Source of the DNA: Alkalilimnicola ehrlichii MLHE-1
GTDB lineage: Bacteria > Pseudomonadota > Gammaproteobacteria > Nitrococcales > Halorhodospiraceae
Assembly: GCF_000014785.1 (NCBI RefSeq)
Contig: NC_008340.1
Span: 2,880,001 to 2,912,000 of the forward strand
Reading direction: 5' to 3'
DNA: 32,000 bases
This document shows, piece after piece, positions 30,346-32,000 of the stretch. Below the pieces are notes generated by a model. It was not told the DNA's origin, searched no databases, and was given only the letters and a program-made list of their open reading frames with translations. Made by a program: the position numbers and the translations under genes. The first letter of the stretch is position 1; each line of letters starts with the position of its first letter.

Positions 30346-31500
30346 TTAGCGCGCGGCCAGCCACGGCAGCGGGTCCACCGGGTCGCCGTCGGCCCGCACC
30401 TCGAAGTAGAGCCCCGGCTCGCGCCGCCCACCGCTGGCCCCCACCGAGGCCAGCACGGCGCCGGCCTGCACCCATTCACCCTCCTCCACGAACAACGACT
30501 CATTGTAACCGTAGAGGCTCAGGTACCCGTCGCCATGGTCGAGGATGACCAGCAGCCCCAGGCCGCGGAACCAATCCGCGTAGACCACCTGCCCGGTGGC
30601 CACCGCCTGCACCTCCGTGCCGTTCTCGGCATCGATAACCAGGCCGCGCCACTTGATATTGCCCAGTTCCCTCGAATCACCGAACCGGGCCCCCAGCCGC
30701 CCCTCCACCGGCCAGGGCAGCGCACCGCGGTGCTCGCGGAAGCGGAGGTCCTGCAGATCACGCTCGGGCACCGCGGCCAACTCCTCGGCCAGTTCATCGA
30801 GCAGCCCCTGCAGGCGCTGTTCGTCCTCCTCCATGCGCATCAGCTGTTCACCGGTCTCGGCCAGGGAGGCCTCCAGCCGCGCCAGCCGCCGGCGCTGCTG
30901 CTCCCGCTCGCGCGCCAGTTCCGCACGGCGCTCGCGGGCCGCCATCTCCGCCCGGGCCAGGGCCTCGGACTGCTCCTGCAGCCGCTGCTCCAGGCTCTGC
31001 AGGCGCTCCAGGGTCTCGATCACCGACACCAGATCGGCGCGCCGCGCGGCATCCAGGCGGCTGTGATAGGCCAACAACCGTTGCAGCGCTGAGGGGTCCT
31101 GCTGATTCAGCAACACGCGCAGGCCGGCGTCCCGCCCCCCCTGCCAGACGGCACGCAACTGCCGCGCCAGCCGCTCGCGCTGCGCGCGCAGGTGCTGGTC
31201 GCGTTCCGCCATTTTGGCCTCCAGCTCGGCCACCCGCGCCTCAAGCGCGGCACGCTCCTCCTCCGCCGCCCGCAACGCCCGCGCCGCCCGCTGGACCCGA
31301 CGGTCGCTCTCCTCCAGCGCCGCCTCGGCCGCGTCGCGCTCGGCCTCGTCCCGGGCCAACGCCTGGCGGGCCGCCTCGATGCGCTCACGGACCGCTTCTA
31401 GTTCCGCCTCCGTGGCCTGCAGGTCGTCCTCCACCCCGGCCGCCAGCGGTGACACCAGGGTCAGGGCGGTGATCAGGAGCAGCATGGGTGCGATTCTCAT
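30346..31500 (-). CDS. envC: murein hydrolase activator EnvC (coiled-coil + M23/LytM domain)
   Basis: 384 aa from ATG 31500. Signal peptide MRIAPMLLLITALTLVSPLAAG, a long Ala/Glu/Arg coiled coil, and a C-terminal LytM domain (GLVIDAENGTEVQAVATGQVVYADWFRGLGLLVILDHGDGYLSLYGYN). The 43-codon extension in the track ORF is rejected. Confidence 0.85.
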   Translation of the reverse strand: MRIAPMLLLITALTLVSPLAAGVEDDLQATEAELEAVRERIEAARQALARDEAERDAAEAALEESDRRVQRAARALRAAEEERAALEARVAELEAKMAERDQHLRAQRERLARQLRAVWQGGRDAGLRVLLNQQDPSALQRLLAYHSRLDAARRADLVSVIETLERLQSLEQRLQEQSEALARAEMAARERRAELAREREQQRRRLARLEASLAETGEQLMRMEEDEQRLQGLLDELAEELAAVPERDLQDLRFREHRGALPWPVEGRLGARFGDSRELGNIKWRGLVIDAENGTEVQAVATGQVVYADWFRGLGLLVILDHGDGYLSLYGYNESLFVEEGEWVQAGAVLASVGASGGRREPGLYFEVRADGDPVDPLPWLAAR

Positions 31501-31640
31501 GGCGATTCCAGCTCTCGGGTGTGCCTCGGGGGACCTGCGCGGTGGCCGGGAGGCTGGTATCATGGCCGCCCACTTGGCGCGCCGCAAGGTGGTCCGGCCG
31601 GGCCGGTGGCGACGCTGTCCCACAACCAATCAGACAACAA

Positions 31641-32000
31641 ATGGAATCCTCCATGGAGCAGTTGCTGGAATTCATCACCGACAACTGGATGCTCGTGCTG
31701 GCCTTCGTGCTCATCCTGGGCTACTGGGTCGGCGCCGAGATCTACCACTTCAGCAGCGGCGTCAAGACCATCACCCCGGAGACGGCGACCCAGCTCTACA
31801 ACCGCGACAATGCGCTGTTCGTGGATATCCGCAACAACACCGAGTACCGCAAATCGCATCTGCCCGGGGCGTTTCACATGCCGTCCACCGAGGTGGATCA
31901 ACTGCTGGAAAAGCTGCGCCGCCACGAGTCCCGGCCGCTGATCGTCTATGATGCCAATGGACTGCAGGCCAACAAGACGGCGCGGCGACTCCGCAAGGCC
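31641..32000 (+). CDS. rhodanese-like domain protein (YibN-like), N-terminal part; runs off the window
   Basis: Not in the track (open at the edge). My translation: MESSMEQLLEFITDNWMLVLAFVLILGYWVGAEIYHFSSGVKTITPETATQLYNRDNALFVDIRNNTEYRKSHLPGAFHMP...RPLIVYDANGLQANKTARRLRKA. It has a TM anchor plus a rhodanese fold. Alternative start at 31653. Confidence 0.75.
   Translation, partial: MESSMEQLLEFITDNWMLVLAFVLILGYWVGAEIYHFSSGVKTITPETATQLYNRDNALFVDIRNNTEYRKSHLPGAFHMPSTEVDQLLEKLRRHESRPLIVYDANGLQANKTARRLRKA

Noticed and set aside
29299-31092. 597-aa plus-strand ORF
   Set aside because: It is antisense to ctpA and envC, both with clear catalytic/domain motifs. Its composition is a GC artefact.

Overview
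High-GC gammaproteobacterial chromosome segment, densely coding. Most of it is conserved housekeeping blocks in E. coli/Pseudomonas-like order. These are: cspA; EVE<-fau<-ssrS(6S RNA)<-zapA<-zapB-like, divergent from ygfB-pepP-ubiH-ubiI; a PP0621-family small protein with a PilS-like kinase; sucCD; nadE; glnB; bamD divergent from rluD; pgeF; clpB; then a gpsA-like gene, a 3-hydroxyacid dehydrogenase, DJ-1, yibQ, ctpA, envC and a rhodanese. Two places break this pattern. (1) Between rluD and pgeF/clpB sits a 4-gene block: an archaeal-type (Rnl3/Pab1020-like) ATP-dependent RNA ligase, a class I/II aminotransferase, an LHPP-like HAD-IIA phosphatase, and the MJ_0950-family PIN-like 'RNA ligase partner'. 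Ligase and partner are split and convergent, and pgeF is inverted relative to the usual rluD-pgeF-clpB operon. This is my best candidate for an uncharacterised RNA repair/processing system. (2) Directly after the clpB terminator is a visibly AT-rich ~1.6 kb islet. It holds a C-terminal remnant of a restriction-enzyme R subunit and two type II toxin-antitoxin pairs (toxin-first RelE/HigB-like + XRE; Phd + ParE). There are also large palindromic MITE/REP-like elements at 1508-1721 and 26250-26596. I saw no tRNA, rRNA, CRISPR array, integrase or transposase. Many long ORFs in the supplied track are antisense or alternate-frame GC artefacts. All family assignments come from reading motifs by eye and from memory of family sequences; no database search was run.
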